Virus record (IMG/VR): IMGVR_UViG_3300005326_000042
Span: 1 to 64,000 of that record
Length of the DNA: 64,000 nt
Direction: 5' to 3' (one strand)
DNA from: a virus
Lineage: Duplodnaviria > Heunggongvirae > Uroviricota > Caudoviricetes
Below, one piece after another: positions 1 to 9,725 of the stretch. Below the pieces are notes generated by a model that did not search any database, had not been told where the DNA came from, and saw nothing but the letters and a program-made list of their open reading frames with translations. The position numbers were made by a program, and so were the translations under genes. The stretch's first letter is position 1; each line of letters starts with the position of its first letter.

Positions 1-6
1 GAGAAA

Positions 7-348
7 TTATCTATTCATTTCTTTAAATTCCCATCTAAATCTCTTAGACTCCCCTCCACATCTGAGTTGATAATCAAATACATGACCAACAGCTTCTCCG
101 CAACCCAGTCCATGATTATCTCCGAACTCCATTACATTGGGTCCTGGCTTGATTTTCTGTTTAATCTTGCCAGCAGACTCTAGAAATTCCTTCTCGGTGA
201 AATTATAGTCGTATTCCTTATTAAAGTCGCGTAGAACCTGAAGATTCTCTTGGGCGAAATCCTTTACGGTTAAAGGATTCTTAGTCTTGTTCTCAATAAT
301 AAAGCTGGTGCTGCTAGAGTTTGAAACCCATCCAGATCTCTTAATCAC
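7..348 (-). CDS. hypothetical protein
   Basis: Track ORF, co-oriented with minus-strand block, no recognisable motif. Confidence 0.45.
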   Translation of the reverse strand: MIKRSGWVSNSSSTSFIIENKTKNPLTVKDFAQENLQVLRDFNKEYDYNFTEKEFLESAGKIKQKIKPGPNVMEFGDNHGLGCGEAVGHVFDYQLRCGGESKRFRWEFKEMNR

Positions 349-560
349 TCTTCTGCCTCCATAGAATTAGTATCTGGCTTAGTATTTAAAACTTCCTCAA
401 CCTCGTTGCCGAGGAACCACGTTAGATCATGAATCGAACTTAGAAGTTTAAACCAATTTTCTTTATTATTTAACCGGCTAGAAGATTCAATTTCCTCCAG
501 CCTCTTAAGTGTTCTTTCAATCATATCTAACCCGTTCTCATCAAACTTATATTCCTTCAT
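345..560 (-). CDS. hypothetical protein
   Basis: Track ORF with 4-nt overlaps to both neighbours (operon-like). Confidence 0.4.
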   Translation of the reverse strand: MKEYKFDENGLDMIERTLKRLEEIESSSRLNNKENWFKLLSSIHDLTWFLGNEVEEVLNTKPDTNSMEAEE

Positions 561-1308
561 TCTTTAGCACCTCTTTTGGATTCATATTCCATATCTCCTT
601 CTGATTACCAAACTCATCTTTCAAATACCTTCCATTACATCTAGGAGACCTTCGAATATACTTCGCGAGGAAATCGATCTTTTCTTCCCTTTCGACTCTG
701 TACACAACTCCCTCTGTTCTCTCCAGAGCACCGTGGAATCCAAATTCTCCAAGAAGATCTAGAGATTCTTCAATAGATAATGGGCCTCCTATATGGAGCA
801 ACTTGGGTCTTGGGAACCAGCCTGGAAGTCTGAAATTGAAGGTTTCGTAGTTAAGTCTATTTGGGATACCTTTAATTGATACTCCGCTTCGCTGCGTGTC
901 TATCATGATGTCGAACGGAACAAACGGTATGTGCTCCAACTTATAGAGAGTTCCGTGGGCCTGCATCATCCATTCTCCGCAAATTCTTTCTCCTTCTTCA
1001 AGAAAATCAAATCTATCATAATTCTGCATTACCCATTGATGGAAAATTTGATGTTGAGTCCGAGGAGAATCTGTTGCTCTATATCCTGCGCGAATTAGAG
1101 GGATTAATTCTCCGTTAATCTTTGCAACAGAAACGTTTGATCCGTCGAGTTTTTCCGATATCGATATTACATCTTTCTTATCTCTCGGTTTCAAGGTGCA
1201 AATTCTGTGCTGCCCTTCTCCAACATACTTATCTCCATCTGCATTAGAACCCAATAGATGAGGAATAGAACCATAGGATCTACAAAGAAGCGGTTTTATT
1301 TTCTTCAT
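547..1308 (-). CDS. ATP-dependent RNA ligase-like nucleotidyltransferase (Rnl2-like, NTase domain only)
   Basis: Covalent nucleotidyltransferase motif I KxDG (SEKLDGSN), motif IV EGVVYRV, motif V K-x-R near C-terminus; 253 aa. Confidence 0.6.
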   Translation of the reverse strand: MKKIKPLLCRSYGSIPHLLGSNADGDKYVGEGQHRICTLKPRDKKDVISISEKLDGSNVSVAKINGELIPLIRAGYRATDSPRTQHQIFHQWVMQNYDRFDFLEEGERICGEWMMQAHGTLYKLEHIPFVPFDIMIDTQRSGVSIKGIPNRLNYETFNFRLPGWFPRPKLLHIGGPLSIEESLDLLGEFGFHGALERTEGVVYRVEREEKIDFLAKYIRRSPRCNGRYLKDEFGNQKEIWNMNPKEVLKNEGI

Positions 1309-1601
1309 TTTTTAACCTCTTTCATTAGCTTCTGCCATTCGGGATTCAATCTGGACGTAAGCTGAAGCTCGGCAGGGTACACTTTCTTAAACCAATTATA
1401 TGTCCAGAAAGCGTTTAATCCAAATAGAATAAACCATATAATTATGCCATGCCATGAACTAAGTTGGTATCCAAATATAAATCTATTTTGAAAACTCAGA
1501 ATGAACATCAGAGCCATCATTGGTCCATTTACAAAAATGGAATACCAGAAGAAATACTGAGTTAGGAGTATTTTACCTAGAGCTAGTTTTTGGGAATTCA
1601 T
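1305..1601 (-). CDS. small hydrophobic membrane protein
   Basis: 98 aa, aromatic/hydrophobic, several predicted TM helices. Confidence 0.45.
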   Translation of the reverse strand: MNSQKLALGKILLTQYFFWYSIFVNGPMMALMFILSFQNRFIFGYQLSSWHGIIIWFILFGLNAFWTYNWFKKVYPAELQLTSRLNPEWQKLMKEVKK

Positions 1602-2358
1602 TTGAGATTACCTTTAAAATTTCTTTTTCAAACATCTTATTGTAGTGAGAATTGACGCTTATTGTAGTTAAACTTCCGACTTTTAAATTCGTACTGTTTG
1701 CTACAAACTCTAATAATCGTGTTAATCCATACGCATTATTTTCATAAGCTCCCCAGAAATCGTGGCTTCTAAAACCTACAGTTAGATGTAAGATATCATT
1801 GATGCTACTCCAAACCAACCAATTCATACATGGAACTTCTTCCTTTCTGAGGTCTACTGATGGAATCCAAGTTGTACAAACCGCGCGGCGGGAGGATGGC
1901 GATTTCTTTAAAAGATCTATGATCTCGCTTATTTGGTCTATATATTCAGAATCAACCAGTTTTGTATCTTCAAAAGACACAAATTTTTGTTTAGATAGCC
2001 TAGACCGCCTCTTTCTAAGCCTCTCATGATAAGAGTACTCAAAAGGGAAATCGCTCTCTTTGGGGCCATTTATAAGCTGATCTGCATAAGAATCTAGATA
2101 ATTCAGATTATAAGGAGATAGATGAGCTTTATTTAGTTTTTTTAGTTCCTTTAAGTTCTCTAGTGGTTTCTTAATCGTCATCATCAGATTAAAGAAAACT
2201 TTGGTTTCATCTCCGCGCTCGTCGAGGTAATCTATTCCGTGGCAGTAGATTTGAGTTAAGCCTTGAACCCAAGCTTGTGAGATATGATCTACTTTTATGT
2301 GAGTGGACATAAAAGATAGAAAGGAGTTGGATTTATTTGTAGGATGGAAGGGATACAC
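1573..2358 (-). CDS. thymidylate synthase (ThyA) family enzyme, possibly pyrimidine hydroxymethylase variant
   Basis: SRRAV..W.PS.DL...PC(M) catalytic Cys region, FRSHD and NNAYGLTRL (ThyA RS.D and N..Y.L), NSHY (His207 equivalent); Asn at the dUMP-specificity position; PCM replaces canonical PCH. Confidence 0.65.
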   Translation of the reverse strand: MYPFHPTNKSNSFLSFMSTHIKVDHISQAWVQGLTQIYCHGIDYLDERGDETKVFFNLMMTIKKPLENLKELKKLNKAHLSPYNLNYLDSYADQLINGPKESDFPFEYSYHERLRKRRSRLSKQKFVSFEDTKLVDSEYIDQISEIIDLLKKSPSSRRAVCTTWIPSVDLRKEEVPCMNWLVWSSINDILHLTVGFRSHDFWGAYENNAYGLTRLLEFVANSTNLKVGSLTTISVNSHYNKMFEKEILKVISNEFPKTSSR

Positions 2359-2362
2359 GAAA

Positions 2363-2575
2363 TCACTTCCATGCCTTTTCTGTTTTACTTAGTTCCTTAA
2401 ACTTTTTTAGTATCCTACCATAATTAACGTTTTTTGTAGTAGCGGTTGCAATCTCAAACATTTCGGTTTCTATGTCAGAATCTTTCTCTCCATTCTCTAT
2501 CATTTCTAAGAACAAGTTTTTCAAAGTATAGTCGTTTAAAAACATTTCGTATATAAGATTATGAGCTTCTGTCAT
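2363..2575 (-). CDS. hypothetical protein
   Basis: Track ORF, co-oriented, no motif. Confidence 0.4.
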   Translation of the reverse strand: MTEAHNLIYEMFLNDYTLKNLFLEMIENGEKDSDIETEMFEIATATTKNVNYGRILKKFKELSKTEKAWK

Positions 2576-2766
2576 TTTCTTTCCACCACCTTCAGTAATT
2601 CTTTCGGATAGAACATATCATATTTTAAACCCTCAATGCGAATATGAGCCGACCCATAATCTGGCCCCAAACTGTTGATAACGAGTGCGCGGCGGCCTTT
2701 TAAATTATTTTCCTGAAAATCCGTGCCGTCCAGGATTTCTACGATGTCGTGTTTCTTGACGAACAT
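2572..2766 (-). CDS. hypothetical protein
   Basis: Track ORF, 4-nt overlap with neighbour. Confidence 0.4.
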   Translation of the reverse strand: MFVKKHDIVEILDGTDFQENNLKGRRALVINSLGPDYGSAHIRIEGLKYDMFYPKELLKVVERK

Positions 2767-2767
2767 A

Positions 2768-3031
2768 TCAATCTCCTCTTTGAGCGCCTTTTACCTTTAT
2801 TGAACACCTTATTCTTTCATTCATGGTTCTTACAGGAAATTTCAGCGTGCTAGTTCCTATTTTAACCTCTTCGATTGTATCTTTAACAGGATAAATTTCT
2901 TTAACTGCCCAAGCACATTCTTCTCCTATACATTCTGTTTGATTTTTATTAATCAAACTAAAAATTGGACACACAATAACAAGATCGGAAATTTTAATCC
3001 CTCCTAAAAGAGTATCCTTATATAATCTCAC
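2768..3031 (-). CDS. hypothetical Cys-containing protein
   Basis: Track ORF. Confidence 0.4.
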   Translation of the reverse strand: MRLYKDTLLGGIKISDLVIVCPIFSLINKNQTECIGEECAWAVKEIYPVKDTIEEVKIGTSTLKFPVRTMNERIRCSIKVKGAQRGD

Positions 3032-3052
3032 AAAGTACTTAAAGGTTGCGGG

Positions 3053-3355
3053 CTATTCAACCAAATCATCAAAATAATCATCGGGCAGATGAGGCTTGCT
3101 TGGTAAGTGTTTGTGTACTTTTTCGAGTTCCATATATTTATCCAGTAATATCCTAATCCTCCTCAGCAGACACAGCGGTTTGCCGCCTTCCTCTCTTGGG
3201 ATTCCAGCATCGTTTAACATTTCGTGGATTGTCTTTCTTTGAGTATGCTTCGCATAGATTTCTATGAAACGTTTATTCAGGTCGTCGTAGTCGGATTGGA
3301 GTTGAGCGAGATTAGTCGTCATTTTCTTCTCTCCTGATATATTCTTCAATCTCAT
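3053..3355 (-). CDS. hypothetical protein
   Basis: Track ORF. Confidence 0.4.
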   Translation of the reverse strand: MRLKNISGEKKMTTNLAQLQSDYDDLNKRFIEIYAKHTQRKTIHEMLNDAGIPREEGGKPLCLLRRIRILLDKYMELEKVHKHLPSKPHLPDDYFDDLVE

Positions 3356-3405
3356 CTGCGGTAAATCCTGCGAGGATTAGTTGCTGGAAGGTTTCGCGGG
3401 ACAAG

Positions 3406-3720
3406 TTAACTCTTCCCTTGCTTTAAATCCCATTCAATAGATACGTTTCTTAGATTCTTTTTGTCTTTTAAATAATTATAAACTTTTGTTTTAGAAATGT
3501 ATTTACCATATCTTTTTTCAACTATGTCCATAATAAAACAAAAGAACGGATCAAAACCTGATGCATAATAGTATGAAGATGTATCAAATCTATCCAAATA
3601 TTCCATATAATCATCTATGGTAAAATTCTTTAATATCCAACTAATGATTTCTTTTGGAGAGGTTTCGTATTGGGTAGACTCTCCGTAGATTTGATAACTA
3701 TTGGGAGCTAAGATGTTCAT
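3406..3720 (-). CDS. hypothetical protein
   Basis: Track ORF, 4-nt overlap with helicase gene. Confidence 0.4.
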   Translation of the reverse strand: MNILAPNSYQIYGESTQYETSPKEIISWILKNFTIDDYMEYLDRFDTSSYYYASGFDPFFCFIMDIVEKRYGKYISKTKVYNYLKDKKNLRNVSIEWDLKQGKS

Positions 3721-5453
3721 AGCATCGCCTCCTTTGCCAGCACGAATTCACTTAACTTCGTCTTCTTACTCAAAATATTCTCAACCCTCTTTTCAATTAC
3801 CGAAGATTTATCTCTAATTTCATAAAACTGCATCGAACTCTTCTGTCCAGATCTTTCAATGCGGCCTAGAAGTTGTTGATGTTTGGCTGGATTATAAGCT
3901 TTATTTACGGTTAGGAGAAGGTGACAATGTTGAAGGTTCAAACCTTCCGCACCAGCTTCACTCATCAGAAGAATCCTGGTATCTCCTCTAAACTTTTCTG
4001 ATTCTTTTTGAATGTCACATCCTCCAACAATCATTGCGGAAGGCTCTTTTAAAATGCATCTTCTTATAAGCTCTAAAGCTCTGACATAAGTGCTAAATAT
4101 GATAAGCTTTTCTCCGGCGGAATCATCGACTATCTCGATCACCTCTTGGAGCCTCGGAGTCAGAATTATGTCCTTTGGTTTTAGCTCTCCGCTTATGAGT
4201 TGGTCCACTCTTGCGGGAACTCCAGTTTGAATTCCGTCTCCTATTTCTTCTCCAAGGAATTTAGCCCAAATATCCTTAAATCCCCGATCTTCGAGAGGCG
4301 GAATCAAATCAGGGCTAATAACTGCCTCCCGCGCATACGTAAAATACCTGAGTATATTTTCTGGATCTTCCTTTGCAAGCTCGAACAACTTCTTCTCTAT
4401 TTCTTTCTGTTTTTTAGATGATTCTACCCAACGAACTATTGTATTAGACGGAGGTAGATTTAAACACTCTCTCTTCTCTTTTCTGAAAACTAATGGTTGA
4501 ATTAGTTGTCTAAATGTTTGGACATTTTTTTCTCCTCTCACGAGAATGTAAGGTTTCTGTTTCATTTTCATTGTTTTCTTGTCGAAATATTCTTTATATT
4601 TTATCTCTGTGATTAAAAACGCTTCTGCAAACTTGTCGTAATTTGGGAGGAAAGACGGATTTACCACATTAAGCACATTCCAGAACTCCGTGATTGAATT
4701 TTCGAGTGGCGTGCCTGTGAGTCCAATGCAATATTTGGCACTTTTCCTTAATTCCTTTGCACATTTTGTTCTTTTAGATGTCGGGGTTTTAATTCTCATA
4801 ATCTCATCAAAAATAAGGAAACCATTATCTAAGGATTCTATAGCCTGACACAGATCTTCAGGTTGTTTTAAGAGATCGTAGGAGCATATAGTATACTTTC
4901 TATCTAAGGATTGATTCCACTGTTTATCGCGCTTTGATCTGGATTTACCATCTATGACTATTTTCTGGTTATCAGGTATGTCCGCGAACTTAAGCAACTC
5001 TCCCGTCCACTGATATTTCAGACTACTAGGAACAATTACCATATTTTTAAGACCAAGGAATTCTGCATAACCGATAGCAGTCGGGGTTTTGCCACAACCA
5101 ATCGCCAAGGCCACCAACCCCGATCTTGCCTTCTTGCAGAATTCCAGAGCCTCGGTTTGATAGTCCAAAAGCATTTCAGTTTTAAAAGTACTCGGATATA
5201 CCCTCTCTGGAAACGGACCCATACACTTAGAATACTCTTCAAGTACAGCATTGGATATGTCCACTTCATCTAGAGTCTTAACTACATCTACTGTATGGGG
5301 TTCAAATTCCTTCTTGAACCAGAATTTTTGTAAAGTACTATATGTAAAGCCCAAAACTCCAAGTTTGTCTTTCAGTTTTAGAGTATCTTGACCAATTAAC
5401 GCAAGAACCCTTTCGGTAAACCCCTCTGGCTTTCCAAAGCGCATCTGTATCAA
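3717..5453 (-). CDS. SNF2/SF2 family DNA helicase
   Basis: Walker A GCGKTPTA, DExH-like box LIFDEIMRIK, motif VI QQLLGRIERSGQ, helicase C region LLMSEAGAEGLNLQ. Confidence 0.7.
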   Translation of the reverse strand: MIQMRFGKPEGFTERVLALIGQDTLKLKDKLGVLGFTYSTLQKFWFKKEFEPHTVDVVKTLDEVDISNAVLEEYSKCMGPFPERVYPSTFKTEMLLDYQTEALEFCKKARSGLVALAIGCGKTPTAIGYAEFLGLKNMVIVPSSLKYQWTGELLKFADIPDNQKIVIDGKSRSKRDKQWNQSLDRKYTICSYDLLKQPEDLCQAIESLDNGFLIFDEIMRIKTPTSKRTKCAKELRKSAKYCIGLTGTPLENSITEFWNVLNVVNPSFLPNYDKFAEAFLITEIKYKEYFDKKTMKMKQKPYILVRGEKNVQTFRQLIQPLVFRKEKRECLNLPPSNTIVRWVESSKKQKEIEKKLFELAKEDPENILRYFTYAREAVISPDLIPPLEDRGFKDIWAKFLGEEIGDGIQTGVPARVDQLISGELKPKDIILTPRLQEVIEIVDDSAGEKLIIFSTYVRALELIRRCILKEPSAMIVGGCDIQKESEKFRGDTRILLMSEAGAEGLNLQHCHLLLTVNKAYNPAKHQQLLGRIERSGQKSSMQFYEIRDKSSVIEKRVENILSKKTKLSEFVLAKEAML

Positions 5454-5477
5454 TTTGTATCTCCTAAGAATAAATAC

Positions 5478-5771
5478 CTATTCCTTCTTTACTACAGCAA
5501 CTTTAACAAACCCGCTTATCTCATTTTTACTAGCACTAACAACGCTTATATGATAGTCATTGAATCTCGATGTATGTTCTAAGCTATATAGAATATTCCA
5601 AACTGAAGTCTTTTTAAGGTCATACTCAAAAATATATGTTACATTTTCACTTTCATCAATAGTAATTCTATCGAGTCTCTTTACTCCAGGAACCAGTAAT
5701 GCCCAACCAGCAAGATCGTTCATTAGTTGTAATTCCTCTGGAAGGATAGAGATTTTGAAATTAAAGTTCAT
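5478..5771 (-). CDS. hypothetical protein
   Basis: Track ORF. Confidence 0.4.
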   Translation of the reverse strand: MNFNFKISILPEELQLMNDLAGWALLVPGVKRLDRITIDESENVTYIFEYDLKKTSVWNILYSLEHTSRFNDYHISVVSASKNEISGFVKVAVVKKE

Positions 5772-5773
5772 AT

Positions 5774-5995
5774 CTATATCCTCTTTTTATTCGAATATTT
5801 AGCCAAATAAATCGCTCCACCATCTTCTTGATAGATTTTATCAAAACCAACTAAGAATGCCTCTTTGGACCTATCCAGCTCTGCTATTGCGTGCATTATT
5901 TCCCATTCATCGCGTTCTTTAGTCTTCTTGCCTAAGTCAGGAATCGTAACGCCATCTTCGGTTAATTCCTTTTTAATTTGTTCTTTTAGATTCAT
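5774..5995 (-). CDS. hypothetical protein
   Basis: Track ORF. Confidence 0.4.
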   Translation of the reverse strand: MNLKEQIKKELTEDGVTIPDLGKKTKERDEWEIMHAIAELDRSKEAFLVGFDKIYQEDGGAIYLAKYSNKKRI

Positions 5996-6360
5996 CTATC
6001 CTTCCATTCCGACTTACAAGGAACTTCAATTTCATAAAAAGACATCTCATCCTCAGAAGGCTCCATTTGAAACAGAACGCTAGCATTGCGAAGAGAGATA
6101 CAAACTTCCTCTCCACCCAACTCAAGAAACTCTTTAATTAATGGAATATTTTCTAACTCAAAACTTCCCTCAATAAAGATGTCGTCTTCATTGTGATGAA
6201 CAAACTTTATGCCTTCTTTAATTCGAAATTCAAGGACATTTCTTGGAACAAATTTCTCATTTGTAATAAGAAAAGAATTGTATCTTGTTAAGTCCAACAA
6301 TTCCTTTAGAAAATATCTTTTGACTATAATACAGGAATCGCCCATTAGGTCAGTTGACAT
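5992..6360 (-). CDS. hypothetical protein
   Basis: Track ORF. Confidence 0.4.
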   Translation of the reverse strand: MSTDLMGDSCIIVKRYFLKELLDLTRYNSFLITNEKFVPRNVLEFRIKEGIKFVHHNEDDIFIEGSFELENIPLIKEFLELGGEEVCISLRNASVLFQMEPSEDEMSFYEIEVPCKSEWKDR

Positions 6361-6367
6361 TTAATAA

Positions 6368-6796
6368 TCACCTTAGAGAATCCAAACATTCATCCATCAT
6401 TTTCGCGGCCTCTTCTAAACTCATTTCTCTATTTTGAGACATTCCACGGCCTAAATATTTGTACCACGAAACGAAAAATTCATGTCCATTCCAACGGAAA
6501 TTGTATGTTTGTGGGACTTCTTCATTCCAACTATAAGCATAAACTTCAAAGACTTTGTTTTCGTAAGAAGAACCTGTATTTCTAAAGGGGTTGTCATCAT
6601 CTCCAAACCTAAGAACAAATCTTGTTTCGATTGCCTCTAAAATTGATTCAACATACCAAGTACACTCTAGTTCTTGATGCGGCTGACCCCAAGCTAATTG
6701 CCCCAATTCTGGTTCGTAGGGTTTTGATTTCTTCGACTCTTCTTCAATTTGCTTCCAAATTTCTAAATCTTCCAGAAAATCTTCTTCTTGAGACAT
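6368..6796 (-). CDS. hypothetical acidic protein
   Basis: Track ORF. Confidence 0.4.
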   Translation of the reverse strand: MSQEEDFLEDLEIWKQIEEESKKSKPYEPELGQLAWGQPHQELECTWYVESILEAIETRFVLRFGDDDNPFRNTGSSYENKVFEVYAYSWNEEVPQTYNFRWNGHEFFVSWYKYLGRGMSQNREMSLEEAAKMMDECLDSLR

Positions 6797-6800
6797 ATAA

Positions 6801-7526
6801 TTACCTCAAAGTTCTTTCATAATCCTCAAATCTCAACTTTGCAATTATAGATCTATCTGATAATCTTGCTACAATTCCTTCTGGGCGACCAAGGGCTCCA
6901 CCATCGAGGGCTGCGTTGGTTATATGAATCATGCTCTTCAACCAATCATGGGTTTCTTTGACATCAATAGGCGGATGTCCAAGATTTATTCGTGGGGTTA
7001 GCTGGAATCCCGAATCCAAGAGTTGTGCCTCGCCATAGAACGTTTGGCCTCCATTGTCTCTCCATGTTGCTATTCTCTCAACGGGCATCTCCAAGATTTC
7101 TTTCCATTCGGGAATAGCTACGATATCAAATAACCTGTGCCCAACCGTCTTACTTCCCGTATATTGTTTGCTATTCTTGGTTACGTTTCCGCCGTATACT
7201 TCGAAATAATATACAGTTAGAATACTAGAAGGCTTGATCCGTTCCGCTATTGGTTTTAGAGCATCGACTATTCCAAGTTGCGGGTTGCCTATCATATCCC
7301 CTTTGGCATATAACAATTCTTCGCGGCTGCCAATGATGTATAGTCCGTCTGGCATCACGATAATTCGCCCATTGACGCCATCGATTTTTTCAGTCAGAAT
7401 CGCTGGGCTATCAAAGGGCACTTGAACTTCATTTACCAGTTTTCCGCGTTCGCCCATTTTGTGATAGGTTAGTATGCTCGGATACTTTGTCATAGAATTT
7501 AATTTGTTTAAATCCACCTTAATCAC
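6801..7526 (-). CDS. ATP-dependent RNA ligase-like nucleotidyltransferase, second paralog
   Basis: Motif I TEKIDGVNGR (KxDG), motif IV PEGIVAR, motif V K-L-R; 241 aa, NTase domain only. Confidence 0.55.
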   Translation of the reverse strand: MIKVDLNKLNSMTKYPSILTYHKMGERGKLVNEVQVPFDSPAILTEKIDGVNGRIIVMPDGLYIIGSREELLYAKGDMIGNPQLGIVDALKPIAERIKPSSILTVYYFEVYGGNVTKNSKQYTGSKTVGHRLFDIVAIPEWKEILEMPVERIATWRDNGGQTFYGEAQLLDSGFQLTPRINLGHPPIDVKETHDWLKSMIHITNAALDGGALGRPEGIVARLSDRSIIAKLRFEDYERTLR

Positions 7527-7786
7527 CCCAACTTAATCTCCAACTCTTTCGCAACAATAAAATAGCCATTTTTAATTGTAAATTTGGAGTCCAAAATTTC
7601 TCTCGAACTTTGGAACATCCTAGCATCGTTTGCTCTGATTTCGTATCTAATAATAGAGTTAAACGGCACAAATGCCAAGTTATAACCCTCTGGTATATCG
7701 GGGATCAATTGACGAAGCTTTTCTGGAATTTTCTTGTGTTCCCAGGATTGGATGAAGATGTTACTCATCTCCTCCACCTCTCGCAA
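7523..7786 (-). CDS. hypothetical protein
   Basis: Track ORF. Confidence 0.4.
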   Translation of the reverse strand: MREVEEMSNIFIQSWEHKKIPEKLRQLIPDIPEGYNLAFVPFNSIIRYEIRANDARMFQSSREILDSKFTIKNGYFIVAKELEIKLG

Positions 7787-8169
7787 ACATCGTCTTCCTT
7801 CGTAGTCGGATTTATCAGTCCATAATCCATGTGATCATCTATGCTGCAAACAGATCTTTGGGAATTATACTCTTTGCAGTACTTGCAATGTCTTTTCTCA
7901 TATGCAGGACACCATCCGCTGTCTTTCATAAAATACGTATTCCCATCAGAACTATGAACTTCACAGCTTCCGTGTTCATAAATAAGTTTTGAATCCTCAT
8001 TAAAATTCTTACACCCGCAACATTTCTCGTTTTGAATATACCTTGCAATAGGTTGCGCAATATTTTTAAGGTAGAGGTGATCAATAGCTGGATAATATTG
8101 GTCTAGATTTAATTTCTCAAGAATTTTAAAAATTAGATCTAGATCGGAGTAGGGATATTCAAGCTTCAT
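7765..8169 (-). CDS. Cys-rich hypothetical protein
   Basis: Multiple CxxC pairs. Confidence 0.4.
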   Translation of the reverse strand: MKLEYPYSDLDLIFKILEKLNLDQYYPAIDHLYLKNIAQPIARYIQNEKCCGCKNFNEDSKLIYEHGSCEVHSSDGNTYFMKDSGWCPAYEKRHCKYCKEYNSQRSVCSIDDHMDYGLINPTTKEDDVCERWRR

Positions 8170-8404
8170 AAAAATTCACTACCTCAATATGTCCTATAAT
8201 CATTTCTTCTCCTCTATCGGGGTTATCTCTCATATCTAAGTATATCTTATAATTGCTCAGTTTTCGTCCATTCTTTCGTGCAAATTCGATTAACTTATCC
8301 CAAACCATATCCTCATCATTTCCCGCGCAGATTGGAGTATCATTTATCATACCGACGAAAATAGTAGAGGACGGGAAGGGTGGAAAGCCGTCAGATATTG
8401 CCAT
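8159..8404 (-). CDS. hypothetical protein
   Basis: Track ORF. Confidence 0.4.
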   Translation of the reverse strand: MAISDGFPPFPSSTIFVGMINDTPICAGNDEDMVWDKLIEFARKNGRKLSNYKIYLDMRDNPDRGEEMIIGHIEVVNFYEA

Positions 8405-8818
8405 TCACTCCTCTCCCTTCAATCTATATTCCCCAGAATCCCGCGCGAAACAGGTCTTACATGTTTTACACTGAAGTATATCTAAGGCTTCATCTGGTTC
8501 TGTCTTCCACAATAGTCTTATGGCAACAGTGTTTATATCATCACTACCACATTCTGGACATTTTACCAAAGGATCTCCTTGATCTACCCAATCACAGTAT
8601 TTAAACAACCTTCTAGCCATTCCAGAGTCATCCCACTGGCCTTCATGGAACGGGATTACTTTCCCATCCTCGCGAAGATAATAGTCCGCACTAAATATTC
8701 CTCCATCCAAGTCTTCAAAACATCTCAGACTATACCCGTCTACATTGTCGTATCCATTCTCTTGAAGAGCCTCAAAGAGAGTCTTGTCTAGATATCTTTT
8801 GTCTGCCATTTTAATCAC
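8405..8818 (-). CDS. hypothetical zinc-ribbon protein
   Basis: CPECG...CKTCKTC. Confidence 0.4.
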   Translation of the reverse strand: MIKMADKRYLDKTLFEALQENGYDNVDGYSLRCFEDLDGGIFSADYYLREDGKVIPFHEGQWDDSGMARRLFKYCDWVDQGDPLVKCPECGSDDINTVAIRLLWKTEPDEALDILQCKTCKTCFARDSGEYRLKGEE

Positions 8819-9072
8819 TCCTCATAAGACACATGCCAAACATATCCAGCATTAGTCTGGACCGTTCCTACATAGATATAATCCTTCTCAATTTCCCAAC
8901 CAGTTCCAAATACTAAAAACCTAGTTCTTATAAGTTCCTTAGCATCCAGATCTACTAGAATCCATACATAGAGTCCGTCATTCTGTATTCCAACGTGAAG
9001 GGCTTTAAAATTCGCGGGCAGGTCTAGATAATTTTCTCCAACAGATATCTTATATTTGTATATCGATTTCAT
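8815..9072 (-). CDS. hypothetical protein
   Basis: Track ORF. Confidence 0.4.
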   Translation of the reverse strand: MKSIYKYKISVGENYLDLPANFKALHVGIQNDGLYVWILVDLDAKELIRTRFLVFGTGWEIEKDYIYVGTVQTNAGYVWHVSYEE

Positions 9073-9115
9073 TGTTGTACCTCGATTAGTGCTTCATCTC
9101 TCATTCTATTTAACC

Positions 9116-9646
9116 TTAACCAACGGTTTTAATCCACTTATCTAACTCTTCCTTATGCCTCAAATACCCCATCAATTTTGTTTCGTTAGCCTCGCACCAA
9201 TCCTGGTTTTTGCCATAATTCATTCCAATTTCTTCACACAACATTTTATTAACCCAAAGAAACAACTTCAAAAATTCAAAATCTCCTGCGCGAAGAGATT
9301 TTAGTTTCCTACAGCAATAATCGTAACTTGTGTAGTTGTGTCGCAGAGAAGATATAACCAAGCTTTTAGTTGGATGTTTGACCCCGCGAACCATAGAAAT
9401 GAGTTGTTTATAATTTGGAGGAATTTCCCAAAATTCTACCTCGATTTCTAGAATTGTTTCCTCTTCTTTAGTACACTCTTTATAAAAGATTTCTTTTTCT
9501 TCCTGTTTCTTTCGATTTCTCTGAATTACTTCTAGTTTGCGATCCTGTTTTTGTTGGACTTTGAATTCTTTCCACTTTCTCTTAGCTTCTTTTTCTCTAA
9601 TCTTGTATGCTTGCCTTTTGGCTTTCTTAGCTGCTTTTGAAGTCAC
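9116..9646 (-). CDS. hypothetical protein with highly basic N-terminus
   Basis: Lys/Arg-rich first 60 aa; possible nucleic-acid binder. Confidence 0.4.
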   Translation of the reverse strand: MTSKAAKKAKRQAYKIREKEAKRKWKEFKVQQKQDRKLEVIQRNRKKQEEKEIFYKECTKEEETILEIEVEFWEIPPNYKQLISMVRGVKHPTKSLVISSLRHNYTSYDYCCRKLKSLRAGDFEFLKLFLWVNKMLCEEIGMNYGKNQDWCEANETKLMGYLRHKEELDKWIKTVG

Positions 9647-9725
9647 GATAAGTCCCTCCTAAACTTTAATAAAAGAGTATCGCAAACCCATTGGTTTGCT
9701 TAGGAGCACTTATCTGTCTTGGTAT

